Source of the DNA: Nitrososphaerota archaeon | Lineage (GTDB): Archaea > Thermoproteota > Nitrososphaeria > Nitrososphaerales > Gagatemarchaeaceae | Length of the DNA stretch: 64,000 nt | Direction: 5' to 3' | Assembly: GCA_027886825.1 (NCBI GenBank) | Contig: JAPCJS010000002.1 | Coordinates: 355-64,354 of the forward strand | Shown: positions 36,444 through 45,542 of the stretch, piece after piece | Layout of the letters: each line of letters opens with the position of its first letter | Position numbering within the stretch: the first letter of the stretch is position 1 | Made by a program: the position numbers and the translations under genes | The notes under the pieces: generated by a model | What the model saw: the letters and a program-made list of their open reading frames with translations, nothing else | What the model was told of the DNA's origin: nothing | The model's database searches: none

Positions 36444-37658
36444 TCAGCTGTCCCTGTCTGGCTTGAACGGGTGCTGGGAGGGCGAGGCGTTTCGGTCGCT
36501 GAGCCGCTGGAGGAGCGGCCCTGTCATGGCCGTGACAAGCACGGTCAGGCCAAGGATCGAGAAGGTCGAGAGGTCGATCAGACCTGCGGCCAGCGCTGCC
36601 TGCCCGATGATGAAGGAGAACTCCCCCCTCGGCACGAGCCAGGAACCGATCATCGCGGGGTCCGTCTCTCTCAGGGGGTCTCTTGCGCTCATTATCCTCC
36701 CGATGATCACCCCACCCCCGAACTTTGCCGCTATGAGCAGCACTGCGACGAGGAGGAAGGCCGGCCAGATCTGGAGCGCTGGGAAGGGGTTTATCGAGCT
36801 CCCCATGTAGGCGAAGAAGATGAAGACGAGAAGCCCCTTGATCGGGGCCACCTTTCCGGAGAGGAACTTCGAGTGCTTGCCCCTCATCGCTAGCCCGATT
36901 ATGAAGGCGCCCACCCCTGGGGAGTATCCCAGGTAGGCGCCCAGGACACCGAACCCGAAACCCAGGCCGAGCGCGAAGAGAAACGGGAGCTCCTCGAACT
37001 CTCCCTCGTAGTGGCTGAGGAAGTTTATCGCTGGCGGGGCGACGTACCTGGCCACGAGGAAACCGATCGCCAAGAGCGCGAACCCCCCGAGTGCGGTGGC
37101 GAGGATCGTAAGCAGCCCGAGAGACGCGGAGATCACGCCGCCGAAGGGGAGCGAGGAGATCACAATCAGGAAGCCCACCGCGGCGATGTCCTCGATCACG
37201 AGCACGCCGACAAGGAGACGGGCGGTCTGGTCGCGCAGGCCGCGCCCGAGCAGGACCTGACCCACTATGGCTGTGCTCGTGGCGCTTCCCGCCATCGCGA
37301 AGACGAGCGTCTCGCCGAGGTTCAGCCCGAGGAAGTAGGCGCAGAGGAGGCCGACCAGGAAGGTGAGACCCATCTCGATCGCGGTGAGGAACCCCGCCCT
37401 TCCGAACATCCTCGCGAACTTTACGGGGTCCAGCTCGAGCCCGATCACGAAGAGCAGGACCACGATCCCGACGTTCGCGATGTCGCCGATCACGGTCGTG
37501 TCGGAGACCCAGCCCAGGACGTAGGGCCCCACCAGCATCCCGGCGAGTATCTCGGCCGCTATTACCGAGGTGCGGAGCCTCGCAAAGAGGAGTCCGAGCA
37601 GGAGGGCGACGCCGGATAGGATGCCGAGGCTCAGGAGGAAGCCGACGTCTTCTACCAT
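36444..37658 (-). CDS. cation:proton antiporter (CPA2/Kef-NapA type)
   Basis: About 12 TM helices. The AAEILAGMLVGPYVLG N-terminal motif is typical of the Na_H_Exchanger family. Confidence 0.85.
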   Translation of the reverse strand: MVEDVGFLLSLGILSGVALLLGLLFARLRTSVIAAEILAGMLVGPYVLGWVSDTTVIGDIANVGIVVLLFVIGLELDPVKFARMFGRAGFLTAIEMGLTFLVGLLCAYFLGLNLGETLVFAMAGSATSTAIVGQVLLGRGLRDQTARLLVGVLVIEDIAAVGFLIVISSLPFGGVISASLGLLTILATALGGFALLAIGFLVARYVAPPAINFLSHYEGEFEELPFLFALGLGFGFGVLGAYLGYSPGVGAFIIGLAMRGKHSKFLSGKVAPIKGLLVFIFFAYMGSSINPFPALQIWPAFLLVAVLLIAAKFGGGVIIGRIMSARDPLRETDPAMIGSWLVPRGEFSFIIGQAALAAGLIDLSTFSILGLTVLVTAMTGPLLQRLSDRNASPSQHPFKPDRDS

Positions 37659-37730
37659 TTGTGTGTGTGCTTGTTTTGCGTAACCCTTCCAGAAAACCCT
37701 TTCGGTCCTCGACCGGACGGCAGGGGGAAA

Positions 37731-37740
37731 TTTTTATCAT
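37731..37740 (+). promoter_or_regulatory. TATA-like box upstream of the 37761 gene
   Basis: TTTTTATCAT is centred about 26 nt upstream of the ATG. Same spacing as at cdc48. Confidence 0.35.
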
Positions 37741-37760
37741 AAGGGCCCGAGCGCGGCCCG

Positions 37761-38543
37761 ATGCAGAACATCGACCCTGTCCTGCTCGTTCAGCCGGTGA
37801 TCTTCATCGCAATCAGCGCCGGGCTGATAGTCTACTGGAGGCTCAGGAGGAGGTTCGCGGCCATCGTCCTGCTCTTCTCGTTCGTCGCGTACGCAGGAGC
37901 CATCGCACTGAAGGAGCTGGTCCAGGTGTACACGTACGGCGATGTGACAGCTGTATTCGGCTCCGTGAGCTGGCAGACGGGCCTCTATCTGGGGGCCCAG
38001 ACCTCGGTCTTCGAGGTAGGCCTCGCGTACCTGGTGGCCAGGTACGCTGTCTCCGGGAGGGCGATGGAGGGAGCCGACGGCGAGGCTTACGGGATCTCCC
38101 TGGCGTTCTGGGAGAACGGGATCCTGCTAGGCGCGCTGGCCCTCGTGAACCTCGCCACGACCTATCTCCTGATCGCTGACGGGCTGATGCCTGCCTCGGT
38201 CTACCAGACGCTGGCCTCGTCCAACCCTTCGCTGTTCGATGCTCCCCGGCAGCTCGCGATCCCCCTGGCGCTGGGTGTCCTGGAGCGGGTCTCGTCGCTG
38301 CTCTCCCACTTCGCGTGGGGATACCTGTGCGTCCTCGCGGCCTACATGCACAGGAGGGTCTATTTCCTCATCGCCCTCCCGATGGGTCTGCTCGACGCGC
38401 TCGTCCCATTCGCCCGGGAGTTCCCCCTCTGGGAGTTCGAGGGGCTCCTCTTCCTCATCTCGCTCGGGTCGTTCCTCGTCGCGTGGAAGGTCACGGAGAA
38501 GGACAGGCGGTCCGGATACGGTCGCGGACCACCAAAGAATTAA
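37761..38543 (+). CDS. polytopic membrane protein, possibly a YhfC-like intramembrane metalloprotease
   Basis: Seven to eight TM helices. FWENG and LERVSSLLSHFAWGY resemble the Glu/His motifs of YhfC (DUF2324). Assignment is tentative. Confidence 0.5.
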   Translation: MQNIDPVLLVQPVIFIAISAGLIVYWRLRRRFAAIVLLFSFVAYAGAIALKELVQVYTYGDVTAVFGSVSWQTGLYLGAQTSVFEVGLAYLVARYAVSGRAMEGADGEAYGISLAFWENGILLGALALVNLATTYLLIADGLMPASVYQTLASSNPSLFDAPRQLAIPLALGVLERVSSLLSHFAWGYLCVLAAYMHRRVYFLIALPMGLLDALVPFAREFPLWEFEGLLFLISLGSFLVAWKVTEKDRRSGYGRGPPKN

Positions 38544-38567
38544 GAGACGGACAGGGGACGATCGCGC

Positions 38568-39113
38568 ATGAAAAGGGTCGCAGCCTCGAGGGTGTACCGG
38601 CTCCTCTACCCGGCCGTCCCCGTGGTCGTCGCCGCGTCCTTCGGGGGGAGAGTCTCGGCGATGCCCGCCGTGTCGGTCATCTCGCTCTCGGACGACCCCG
38701 CGCTGGTCGGGATCTCGTCCTCCCCGTCTCACGCCACCCACGAGACTATAGTGCGGGCGGGCAGCCTTTCGGTGTCCTGGCTGGGCAGGGAGTACACGGA
38801 GATAGTCGAGGTGCTGGGCAGCACCTCAGGCGCCAAGATCAGGGACAAGCTCGAGGCGGCTGGCCTGCACCACTCCCTGAAGGGTCCGCTGAAGGTCCCC
38901 GTAATCAGGGAGGCGTCTGCCTATCTCGAGTGCGCGCTGGCGGGCGTGCACCGCTTTGGCGACCACGACCTGCTCGTGGCCGAGGTGAAGGAGGCGAGGG
39001 CGATCGCAGATTTCAAGGACTACTGGACGTTCGAGGCATACCACCCCATCCTCTACTCGGGGATGGGAAGGCCCCCGCTAGCGCCGGCTGACGGGTCGGT
39101 CAGACGACCTTGA
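38568..39113 (+). CDS. flavin reductase-like (FMN-binding split-barrel) protein
   Basis: VVVAASFGGRVSAMPAVSVISLSDDPALVGISSSPSHATHE and GDHDLLVAEV blocks are typical of the family. Confidence 0.8.
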   Translation: MKRVAASRVYRLLYPAVPVVVAASFGGRVSAMPAVSVISLSDDPALVGISSSPSHATHETIVRAGSLSVSWLGREYTEIVEVLGSTSGAKIRDKLEAAGLHHSLKGPLKVPVIREASAYLECALAGVHRFGDHDLLVAEVKEARAIADFKDYWTFEAYHPILYSGMGRPPLAPADGSVRRP

Positions 39114-39735
39114 TCGAGGGAGACTTGATCTTGTTCAGCTTCCCGACGTTGAGGAGGCTCGGCGTGATGCCCTCGACCATCCTGGAGTTCCTCAGCGGTC
39201 CGGCGTAGAGGGGGCGCAGACTGGCGATGCTCGAGACGATCTCGGCGGCCTCGGCATAGACCTCCCGCGTCTCCGCGGTCACGAGCACGTCATAGTCCAG
39301 CTCTCTGCCCACCTCGAGCAGACGGGCTGCGGGGACCGTATGGAAGGCCCCTGCGACCCTCGTCCCCAGCAGGGAGGCGACCCTCTCGGCCGCCGACCCT
39401 GACTCGAGCGACGGCGAGAAGAGGCCATCGCGGAACTCCATCGGCACGATGGGAGACAGGACCAGCTTCCCGGCCAGGTCTGGCTTCAGCGAAATCAGCA
39501 CGTCGTCCGAGGGCAGGTTCGGGATTGCGAGAACCGATACATCCGAGCTGCGGGCGGCGGCCCCGTTCTCCTCCCCGATGACCCTGATACCGGAGAGGTC
39601 GGAGACCTTCGAGGCAGCCTCGGCCGCCCTCGACGCGTCGCGCGAGCCTATTGTCACCTCGTATGACCGGGCCAGCCTGGCGGCGAGGCCGAGCCCCAGG
39701 TCCCCCGTGCCTCCGATGACTGCTATTCTCTTCAT
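39100..39735 (-). CDS. npdG: NADPH-dependent F420 reductase
   Basis: IAVIGGTGDLGLGLA Rossmann motif. Length and C-terminal blocks are NpdG-like. Confidence 0.8.
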   Translation of the reverse strand: MKRIAVIGGTGDLGLGLAARLARSYEVTIGSRDASRAAEAASKVSDLSGIRVIGEENGAAARSSDVSVLAIPNLPSDDVLISLKPDLAGKLVLSPIVPMEFRDGLFSPSLESGSAAERVASLLGTRVAGAFHTVPAARLLEVGRELDYDVLVTAETREVYAEAAEIVSSIASLRPLYAGPLRNSRMVEGITPSLLNVGKLNKIKSPSIKVV

Positions 39736-40418
39736 TCCAGCTTCTCCTGCCGCGGCGCTCCATCCTTCGGTGTCATATACGTCGCGTCCAGCATGTGGGC
39801 GATCCTGGCTGCCCTCTTGTTCCCGAGTCCCTGGACCATCGCGAGCTGGGACTCTGTGAGGCTCATTACCTTCCGGGGCGTACCGTACATCGAGAGCATC
39901 CTCCGGGCCAGCTTCGTGCCCACACCGGGCAGGGACGAGACGAGGTAGAGCTGCTGCTGGGGCTCGTCCCTCGCCTTGGGGGGCGCTGCCATGATGCCCA
40001 CCGGGACGGGCCTGGCGTGGCTGTGCTGTATCAGCGCGGCTATCGCGGCCGCGGTCTGCGCGGCGTCTGCCGTGTGGATGACACGCAGGTCATAGGCGAG
40101 GGTGACCGAGGCGACCGCCCCATAGTAGGAGTTGATGTTCTTGGTGAGGTTTGTCAGCTCCTTGATATCACCCTCGACGATCAGGTACGGCTTCCTGTAC
40201 GAGCTCGAGATCGCAGAGGCCTGTACGAAGAGCCTGCCGTCGTAGACCGAGGAGACAAAGTCCGGGAGCGCCTTCCTCTCGACAGCGATCTCGGGGCTTA
40301 TCACATAGTCGGCGACCGGCAGCCGGCTGAAGTACACCCTGACGTTGAGTTTCGAGAGCTGCTCTGGGACCCCACAGCTCCTCTCCCTCTCGTCCACAAC
40401 CACCCTCGGCGGAATCAT
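39732..40418 (-). CDS. short-form XPF/ERCC4 nuclease with tandem HhH
   Basis: The VDERE...GDYV-type motif (VADYVIS) and IAVERKALPDF form the ERCC4 signature. C-terminal LPGVGTKLARRML and GLGNKRAARI form (HhH)2. Start at MIPPRVVV. The upstream part of the track ORF overlaps ecfT. Confidence 0.85.
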   Translation of the reverse strand: MIPPRVVVDERERSCGVPEQLSKLNVRVYFSRLPVADYVISPEIAVERKALPDFVSSVYDGRLFVQASAISSSYRKPYLIVEGDIKELTNLTKNINSYYGAVASVTLAYDLRVIHTADAAQTAAAIAALIQHSHARPVPVGIMAAPPKARDEPQQQLYLVSSLPGVGTKLARRMLSMYGTPRKVMSLTESQLAMVQGLGNKRAARIAHMLDATYMTPKDGAPRQEKLE

Positions 40419-41158
40419 CAGAAGGGAAAATGATAGAAGTGGTAGATATACAGTGCTACGCCGAAGACCGCCACGCTCACGACCAGGACGGTCCAGTCGT
40501 ACCACTTCAGCCTCATCCTGTAGAGCGAGGTCGGGTGGGGCGTGGAGCCGTATCCCCTCGACTCCATGGCCTCGGCCAGCTCGCCGCTCCTGATGACGGA
40601 GTTCACCACGAGCGGGATGAGTATCGGGACCATGTTGCGGACGCGCCTGACTAGGTTGCCCTTCTCCAGCTCCAGCCCCCTCGACTTTTGCGCGTCCATT
40701 ATCTGGAACGTGTCGAGCATCACGACGGGGATGAACCTGACCGCGGTGACGAAGGCGAAGACCACGTCGCGCGGCACCTTCAGCCACTTCATTATCTGCT
40801 CGAGCTCGTCGGGGGAGGTCGTGACGAAGAAGACGCTCGTCGAGCTGATTATCGCCAGGAACCGCAGGGCGTAGGTGAACGCCTTCAGGAGACCGAACCC
40901 GAAGAGGAGGTTGATGCCGAAGATGAAGGCGGCGAAGACGAGCGAGAAGGCCATCGTCCTGCCTATCCTCTTCAGCGATCGAGCAAGGACGGCGACGGCG
41001 AGGATCGAGAGCAGCACCGTGGCGATCGCGATTATGGAGGACGCGGCCAGCGAGAGTGCGAAGAACTCGACCGAGATGGTGAGCTTGACCCGCGGGTCGA
41101 GCTTGTGGAATGGAGAGACCACGCGGCGGAAGAGGAACCCGCCCGCTATCCAGTACAC
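40418..41158 (-). CDS. ecfT: ECF transporter transmembrane (T) component
   Basis: CbiQ/EcfT layout with the conserved Arg-containing coupling helices (ARSLKRIG, AQKSRGLE). Confidence 0.85.
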   Translation of the reverse strand: MYWIAGGFLFRRVVSPFHKLDPRVKLTISVEFFALSLAASSIIAIATVLLSILAVAVLARSLKRIGRTMAFSLVFAAFIFGINLLFGFGLLKAFTYALRFLAIISSTSVFFVTTSPDELEQIMKWLKVPRDVVFAFVTAVRFIPVVMLDTFQIMDAQKSRGLELEKGNLVRRVRNMVPILIPLVVNSVIRSGELAEAMESRGYGSTPHPTSLYRMRLKWYDWTVLVVSVAVFGVALYIYHFYHFPF

Positions 41159-41974
41159 CTAGGTCGCCCCCTTCTCTATCCAGCTCCGGGCCGCCGAGAG
41201 GTCAAGGAAGGGCTGGTCGGGTCTCGTCCGCAGTTCGTCGTACAGCTGGACGAGCTGGGGCTGCGACACCCTCGCGCCCTCCAGGAGAGGCCTGTCGTGC
41301 ATCACCGTGGCGCAGGGCCCGTCGCCCACGACCCCTCCCTGCTTCATCACCAGGATCCGGGGCTGCAGGGTCCACAGGAACTCGACGTCGTGGGAGACTA
41401 TGATGATCGTCTTGCCCGTTGAGTGGAGCAGTCTGACGATCTCGCCCAGCTTCTCTTTCTGGATCGCGTCCTGGCCGACCGTGGGCTCGTCGAGGACGAC
41501 CACGTCGGGGTCCCACGCCAGGATGGAGGCCAGCGTCAGGCGCTTCTTCTCTCCCCCGCTCAGTATGAGGGGCGAGGACTTGCGATACTCCTCGAGCCCG
41601 AAGAAGCCCAGCGCCCACCTGATCCTCTGCTCGATCAGCGCGCCCTCGAAACCGAAGTTCTTCAGGGCGAAGGTTATCTCGTTCTCGACGCTGTCCGAGA
41701 AGAGCTGGTGGTCGGGGTTCTGGAACGCGATGCCCACGTTGCGCGCGAGGCGTGCCGTGCTAACGTCCCGGGTGTTGTTCCCGTCGATGGTCACCGAACC
41801 TCTGGTCGGCTTCAGCAGCCCGTTGATGTGCTTCACGAGCGTCGTCTTGCCCGCGCCGTTCTCCCCCACGATGCCAACCAGCTCCTGCTTCTCGACGGAG
41901 AGGCTGACGTCGTCCAGGGCCTTGACCCCGTTCTGATGGACGAATGTCACATCCCTGAACTCGATGAGGCTCAA
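41159..41974 (-). CDS. ecfA2: ECF transporter ATPase component A2
   Basis: Walker A GENGAGKTT, signature LSGGEKKR, Walker B VVVLDEPT. Confidence 0.9.
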   Translation of the reverse strand: MSLIEFRDVTFVHQNGVKALDDVSLSVEKQELVGIVGENGAGKTTLVKHINGLLKPTRGSVTIDGNNTRDVSTARLARNVGIAFQNPDHQLFSDSVENEITFALKNFGFEGALIEQRIRWALGFFGLEEYRKSSPLILSGGEKKRLTLASILAWDPDVVVLDEPTVGQDAIQKEKLGEIVRLLHSTGKTIIIVSHDVEFLWTLQPRILVMKQGGVVGDGPCATVMHDRPLLEGARVSQPQLVQLYDELRTRPDQPFLDLSAARSWIEKGAT

Positions 41975-42855
41975 CGCCCGTTGACCTCCTCTGCGAGCTC
42001 GCGAGGTGTGGTCGGGACCCTGCCGAGGTCGAGGCCGTCCCTCTTGAGTTCAGAGTAAAGCCTCGAGACGGGTGGGACGGCGATCCCGTAGCCTGATGCC
42101 CGCGGGTCCGTGAGGACCTCGGCGGGATTACCCTCCATCACCTTGCGGCCTCGGTCCATGACGAAGATCCTGTCAGCGATCGGGGTGAGGAGCTCGAGCC
42201 GGTGCTCGACGATGACGAATGTGATCCCGAGGTCCCTGTTGAGGTCGCGCACGAGGCTCACGAGCTCGGAGGCGGTCTGCGGGTCGAGCAGAGAGGTGGG
42301 TTCGTCGAGGATGATCAGCCTCGGCCTCATGGCGATCACCCCCGCGAGGGCCACCCTCTGCTTCTGCCCGTCGGAGAGCTCGTGAGGGGCCCGCAGGGCT
42401 AGGGAGGTGATGCCGAGCATGCGCATGACCTCGTCGATCCTCTTCCTCATCTCGTCTCTGGGGAGCCCCAGGTTCTCCAGCCCGAACGCGATGTCCCTCT
42501 CGACCGAGAACATGAAGATCTGGTTCTCGGGGTTCTGGAAGAGGAGCCCGACCTTCTGGGCGAGCTCCCCCATCTTCGTCTTGTCCACGGCCTCCCCGTC
42601 CATGGTTATGCTTCCCTTGTAATCGCCAGGATACATGTGCGGGATGAGCCCGTTCATGCACCTGAGGAGAGTCGACTTGCCGCACCCGCTCTGCCCGGCG
42701 AGGACGGTGATGGACCCTTCCTCGATCTCCATGCTGACGTCGTCGAGCGCCCACCTCTCCGTATCGATGTAGCGGAACGACAGGTTCTCGACGCGGAGCA
42801 GTGTACTGGTCAATCTTATCACTGGGTCAGGTGCGGCTTGGAGCGCGACGGGCAC
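41971..42855 (-). CDS. ecfA1: ECF transporter ATPase component A1
   Basis: Walker A GQSGCGKST, signature LSDGQKQR, Walker B LIILDEPT. The N-terminal start is uncertain. Confidence 0.9.
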   Translation of the reverse strand: MPVALQAAPDPVIRLTSTLLRVENLSFRYIDTERWALDDVSMEIEEGSITVLAGQSGCGKSTLLRCMNGLIPHMYPGDYKGSITMDGEAVDKTKMGELAQKVGLLFQNPENQIFMFSVERDIAFGLENLGLPRDEMRKRIDEVMRMLGITSLALRAPHELSDGQKQRVALAGVIAMRPRLIILDEPTSLLDPQTASELVSLVRDLNRDLGITFVIVEHRLELLTPIADRIFVMDRGRKVMEGNPAEVLTDPRASGYGIAVPPVSRLYSELKRDGLDLGRVPTTPRELAEEVNGR

Positions 42856-42931
42856 GGCGCAGACGGAAGCAAGATAACCCTTTGGAGGTCTTCAAGTCGC
42901 TCTCGATTGCCCACGGAGGGGTGTTACTAAG

Positions 42932-42949
42932 TATTTGGTTGTTACCAAA
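42932..42949. promoter_or_regulatory. inverted repeat in the ECF divergent intergenic region
   Basis: ATTTGGT-tgtt-ACCAAAT is a perfect 7-4-7 inverted repeat about 35 nt upstream of the S-component start. Confidence 0.3.
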
Positions 42950-42982
42950 TTCTTATTAGACTGATGAGGACGGGGCACGGGC

Positions 42983-43672
42983 GTGTCGGGACATAGACGG
43001 GCAGGACTGGACAGCAGGTCGCTGGCGGGTGTGGCGGTCTTTGGCGCGCTCTCGGTGGTGCTGACGTTGATCTCTCAGGCGCTGGGTCTCAACTTCCCCA
43101 TCGTGCCCTACCTGCAGTTCGACCTGGGGGAGGTCGCCATCCTTCTAGCCTTCTTCATCTTCGGTCCCGTGCCGGCGCTGATCGCGGCCTTCATCGAGTT
43201 CGCGACGCTCCTGGTCTTGGGTGTGAACGCGGCTTTCTTCGGCCCCGAGCTCAAGCTGATCGCCGTGCTCTCTTCGCTGCTGGGGGTCTGGATCGGCGTT
43301 GTGGCCGTCCGCAGGATGAGAGATCCGACGATCAAGAAGGCGGTGGGGCTCGGGTCGGTCCTCGGTATGGCCATCAGAGCCGCAGCGATGACGGTGCCCA
43401 ACTACCTCCTGATCGTCTTCCTCTACACCATCTCGGGGATACTCGGATACGTCGCAGGGTCGTTCAAGCTGGTCGGGATAACCCTGACAGACTCGAACGT
43501 GCTCGTCCTGGTCCTGATCATGACGGCCGTCTTCAACGCGCTCCAGTTCGCGTTCGTCTCGATCGTCTCGTACGGGATAGTTAGCCTGCCGCAGGTCCAG
43601 AGCACGAGGGCCGCGGGCAGGAAGCCCTGGATAGCAAGCTACCTCCAGAAGAAAGACCCCAGGGTCACTTGA
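42983..43672 (+). CDS. ECF transporter substrate-specific (S) component, RibU-like
   Basis: Six TM helices. YLQFDLGEVAILLAFFIFGP resembles ECF S components. Divergent from ecfA1A2T. Confidence 0.65.
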   Translation: MSGHRRAGLDSRSLAGVAVFGALSVVLTLISQALGLNFPIVPYLQFDLGEVAILLAFFIFGPVPALIAAFIEFATLLVLGVNAAFFGPELKLIAVLSSLLGVWIGVVAVRRMRDPTIKKAVGLGSVLGMAIRAAAMTVPNYLLIVFLYTISGILGYVAGSFKLVGITLTDSNVLVLVLIMTAVFNALQFAFVSIVSYGIVSLPQVQSTRAAGRKPWIASYLQKKDPRVT

Positions 43673-44645
43673 CTTCCACAGGGGCGTCGTGCAGGAGTCC
43701 GCCCATCAGGGCGAGGAAATCCTTGATCACATCCTCGGCTCCGGCAGAGCACGTGAACGACGCCGCCGTCGGATGACCGCCCCCATAACCCCTGCCCTTG
43801 GAGAGGACCTCCGCCACGTCGGTCCCAAGATGGATGTTCGTCTCGGCGCTGAAGCGATGGTTGGAGCGCAGGCTCCCCCGCAGCTCGCCGTCAAAGTCCC
43901 CGACGACTAGCGAGACGTCCGCCCCGAGGTGGGTGAACGCCCTGGCGACGTTCGCCTGGAAGGAGCCGATGGTGCTCGTGACGATCACGCGCCCCGCCGC
44001 GCGGTAGATTCGGCACCGCTTGGCCGCCTTGAGCTTCGCTATCACCTCCCCATAGTCAGGAGGGGAACGGAGGAGCGCCCTCGCCTCGTCGAGCCTGGCC
44101 CCGTGTTCGGTGAGGTCGAGGACGGCCCTGAGCGCCCCGACCCCCGCTATCGACAGGTGCTGGGAATCGAAGAGTATGGCGATCAGGAGGGCCTGGGAGA
44201 CGCTGGCGTCCGGCTCGACGCTGAGCTCCTTGAAGAGCCGGTGGACGAGCTCGGCAGCCGAGGAGGCGGTCGTGTCGACCATCAGCTGGTCGTACGGCGT
44301 CCCCTCCTGAAGGGGATGGTGATCGATCAGGACCTTGGTACCGCGGCTGTTCCGGAGCTTCTCGCTCCAGTCCTTCAGGAGCTCCATGTGACCGATGTCG
44401 ACCGCCAGGATGAGGTCGTAGTCCGGGCTCTCCTCGTGCTTATCGTAGGGAAACGTCTCGGCGAGCCGCTGCGTCAGCGCGCTCATCCCGTCGGGTATGA
44501 TTATCGAGGCCTCCGCTCCGGGCATGAGCTTCCCGACCATGAAGGAGAGGGCGTAGGCGGAGAGGTATGTGTCTGCGTCTGCGTGCCGGTGGCAGAGTAT
44601 CGCGACCTTCTTGACGTTCTCTGGTGCAGGCAGGAGCAAGCCCAT
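43665..44645 (-). CDS. DHH/DHHA1-family phosphoesterase (NrnA-like)
   Basis: HRHADADT, DIGH, IDHH, and the GGGHPTAASF DHHA1 motif. Confidence 0.85.
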   Translation of the reverse strand: MGLLLPAPENVKKVAILCHRHADADTYLSAYALSFMVGKLMPGAEASIIIPDGMSALTQRLAETFPYDKHEESPDYDLILAVDIGHMELLKDWSEKLRNSRGTKVLIDHHPLQEGTPYDQLMVDTTASSAAELVHRLFKELSVEPDASVSQALLIAILFDSQHLSIAGVGALRAVLDLTEHGARLDEARALLRSPPDYGEVIAKLKAAKRCRIYRAAGRVIVTSTIGSFQANVARAFTHLGADVSLVVGDFDGELRGSLRSNHRFSAETNIHLGTDVAEVLSKGRGYGGGHPTAASFTCSAGAEDVIKDFLALMGGLLHDAPVEVK

Positions 44646-44714
44646 ACTCTCACCAGGCAGTAGCTGCCCCGCAGGGGACGGGCCCTTGAGGATTGAGGAC
44701 GGAGGACACCCGCT

Positions 44715-45086
44715 CTAGGAGCCCTGCGTTGGCCCCTGAGTGCGGGCCTTGATCATCTCGTCGATCTTTGTCTGGAGCTCCTTTATGTTCTCCTTCAGCC
44801 TGGACTCCTGCTTGTTGAGGACGAGGGTGCGCGTGTTGGAGATGTCCTTCCTCTCCTCCAGGTCCTTGGTGATCGCCTCCTTGGTGACCTTTACGAGCAG
44901 GCTTCCGACGTACTTGTAGATCTGCTCTTCGGGTGTTACGTTCTTCAGCTCTTCGAGCGTCTTCTCGGCGTCGGCGAGCTCTGCATCGACCTGCTGCCTC
45001 TGCATCGCGACGGATTGAAGGTTCTGCTGCAGATTGTCGAGCCTGGTGAGCTGTTCTCTCAGCCAAGGCGGTATCTCTTGACTCAA
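44715..45086 (-). CDS. pfdB: prefoldin beta subunit
   Basis: Coiled-coil, beta-hairpin, coiled-coil layout (YKYVGSLLVKV). Conserved position at the end of the exosome superoperon. Confidence 0.85.
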   Translation of the reverse strand: MSQEIPPWLREQLTRLDNLQQNLQSVAMQRQQVDAELADAEKTLEELKNVTPEEQIYKYVGSLLVKVTKEAITKDLEERKDISNTRTLVLNKQESRLKENIKELQTKIDEMIKARTQGPTQGS

Positions 45087-45109
45087 ACTCGTCCACCGAA
45101 TCTCTGAGA

Positions 45110-45346
45110 CTACTTAAAGTCTTTTGGGGCGTCCTTCGCCCCTTTCGTCGCCTCTCTGAACCGCTCCATCTCCTCGATGGCCTCCGCGGGGCCGTTCGTC
45201 CGCGAGACGATGACGAGCCCGTCTGCCGAGAGCTTGGAACTCTTCATGGTCTTGCTGGCGCGGGCCATGGAGGGTCCTTCATCCTCCAGAGCGATCTTCA
45301 GCGTGATCTTCTCGATGGGCCTAGCCGGTTCTCGTCTGGGAGACAT
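45110..45346 (-). CDS. small conserved-position ORF between rpl37ae and pfdB (possibly Pcc1-like)
   Basis: Sits where Pcc1 or Brix genes lie in other archaeal superoperons. Only a weak Pcc1-like pattern is visible (ITLKIALEDE, GLVIVSR). Overlaps the rpl37ae 3-prime end by 26 nt. Confidence 0.35.
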   Translation of the reverse strand: MSPRREPARPIEKITLKIALEDEGPSMARASKTMKSSKLSADGLVIVSRTNGPAEAIEEMERFREATKGAKDAPKDFK

Positions 45347-45542
45347 CGTAGGCTCCTCCCGCGATCGTGAACCCGCAGCTCTTGCAGCTCCAGATTCCCG
45401 AGGAGACCCTCCTCAGCTTCAGGCTCGAGCAGGACGGACAAGGCTTCTTCGCCTTGAGGAGACGGTGGACGTTCGAGTACCGCTTCCTGACCGTCCCTCC
45501 GTACTTGGCTCCGAGGCCCCTCAGAGACTTGGACCTAGGCAT
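45321..45542 (-). CDS. rpl37ae: 50S ribosomal protein L37Ae (eL43)
   Basis: GAKYGGTVRKRY and the CPSC...CKSC zinc ribbon. Confidence 0.9.
   Translation of the reverse strand: MPRSKSLRGLGAKYGGTVRKRYSNVHRLLKAKKPCPSCSSLKLRRVSSGIWSCKSCGFTIAGGAYDVSQTRTG

Noticed and set aside
40419-40787. N-terminal 123 codons of the 351-aa track ORF containing the XPF nuclease.
   Set aside because: This part overlaps ecfT in another frame and is Arg/Gly-rich. ERCC4 homology starts at MIPPRVVV (ATG at 40418).
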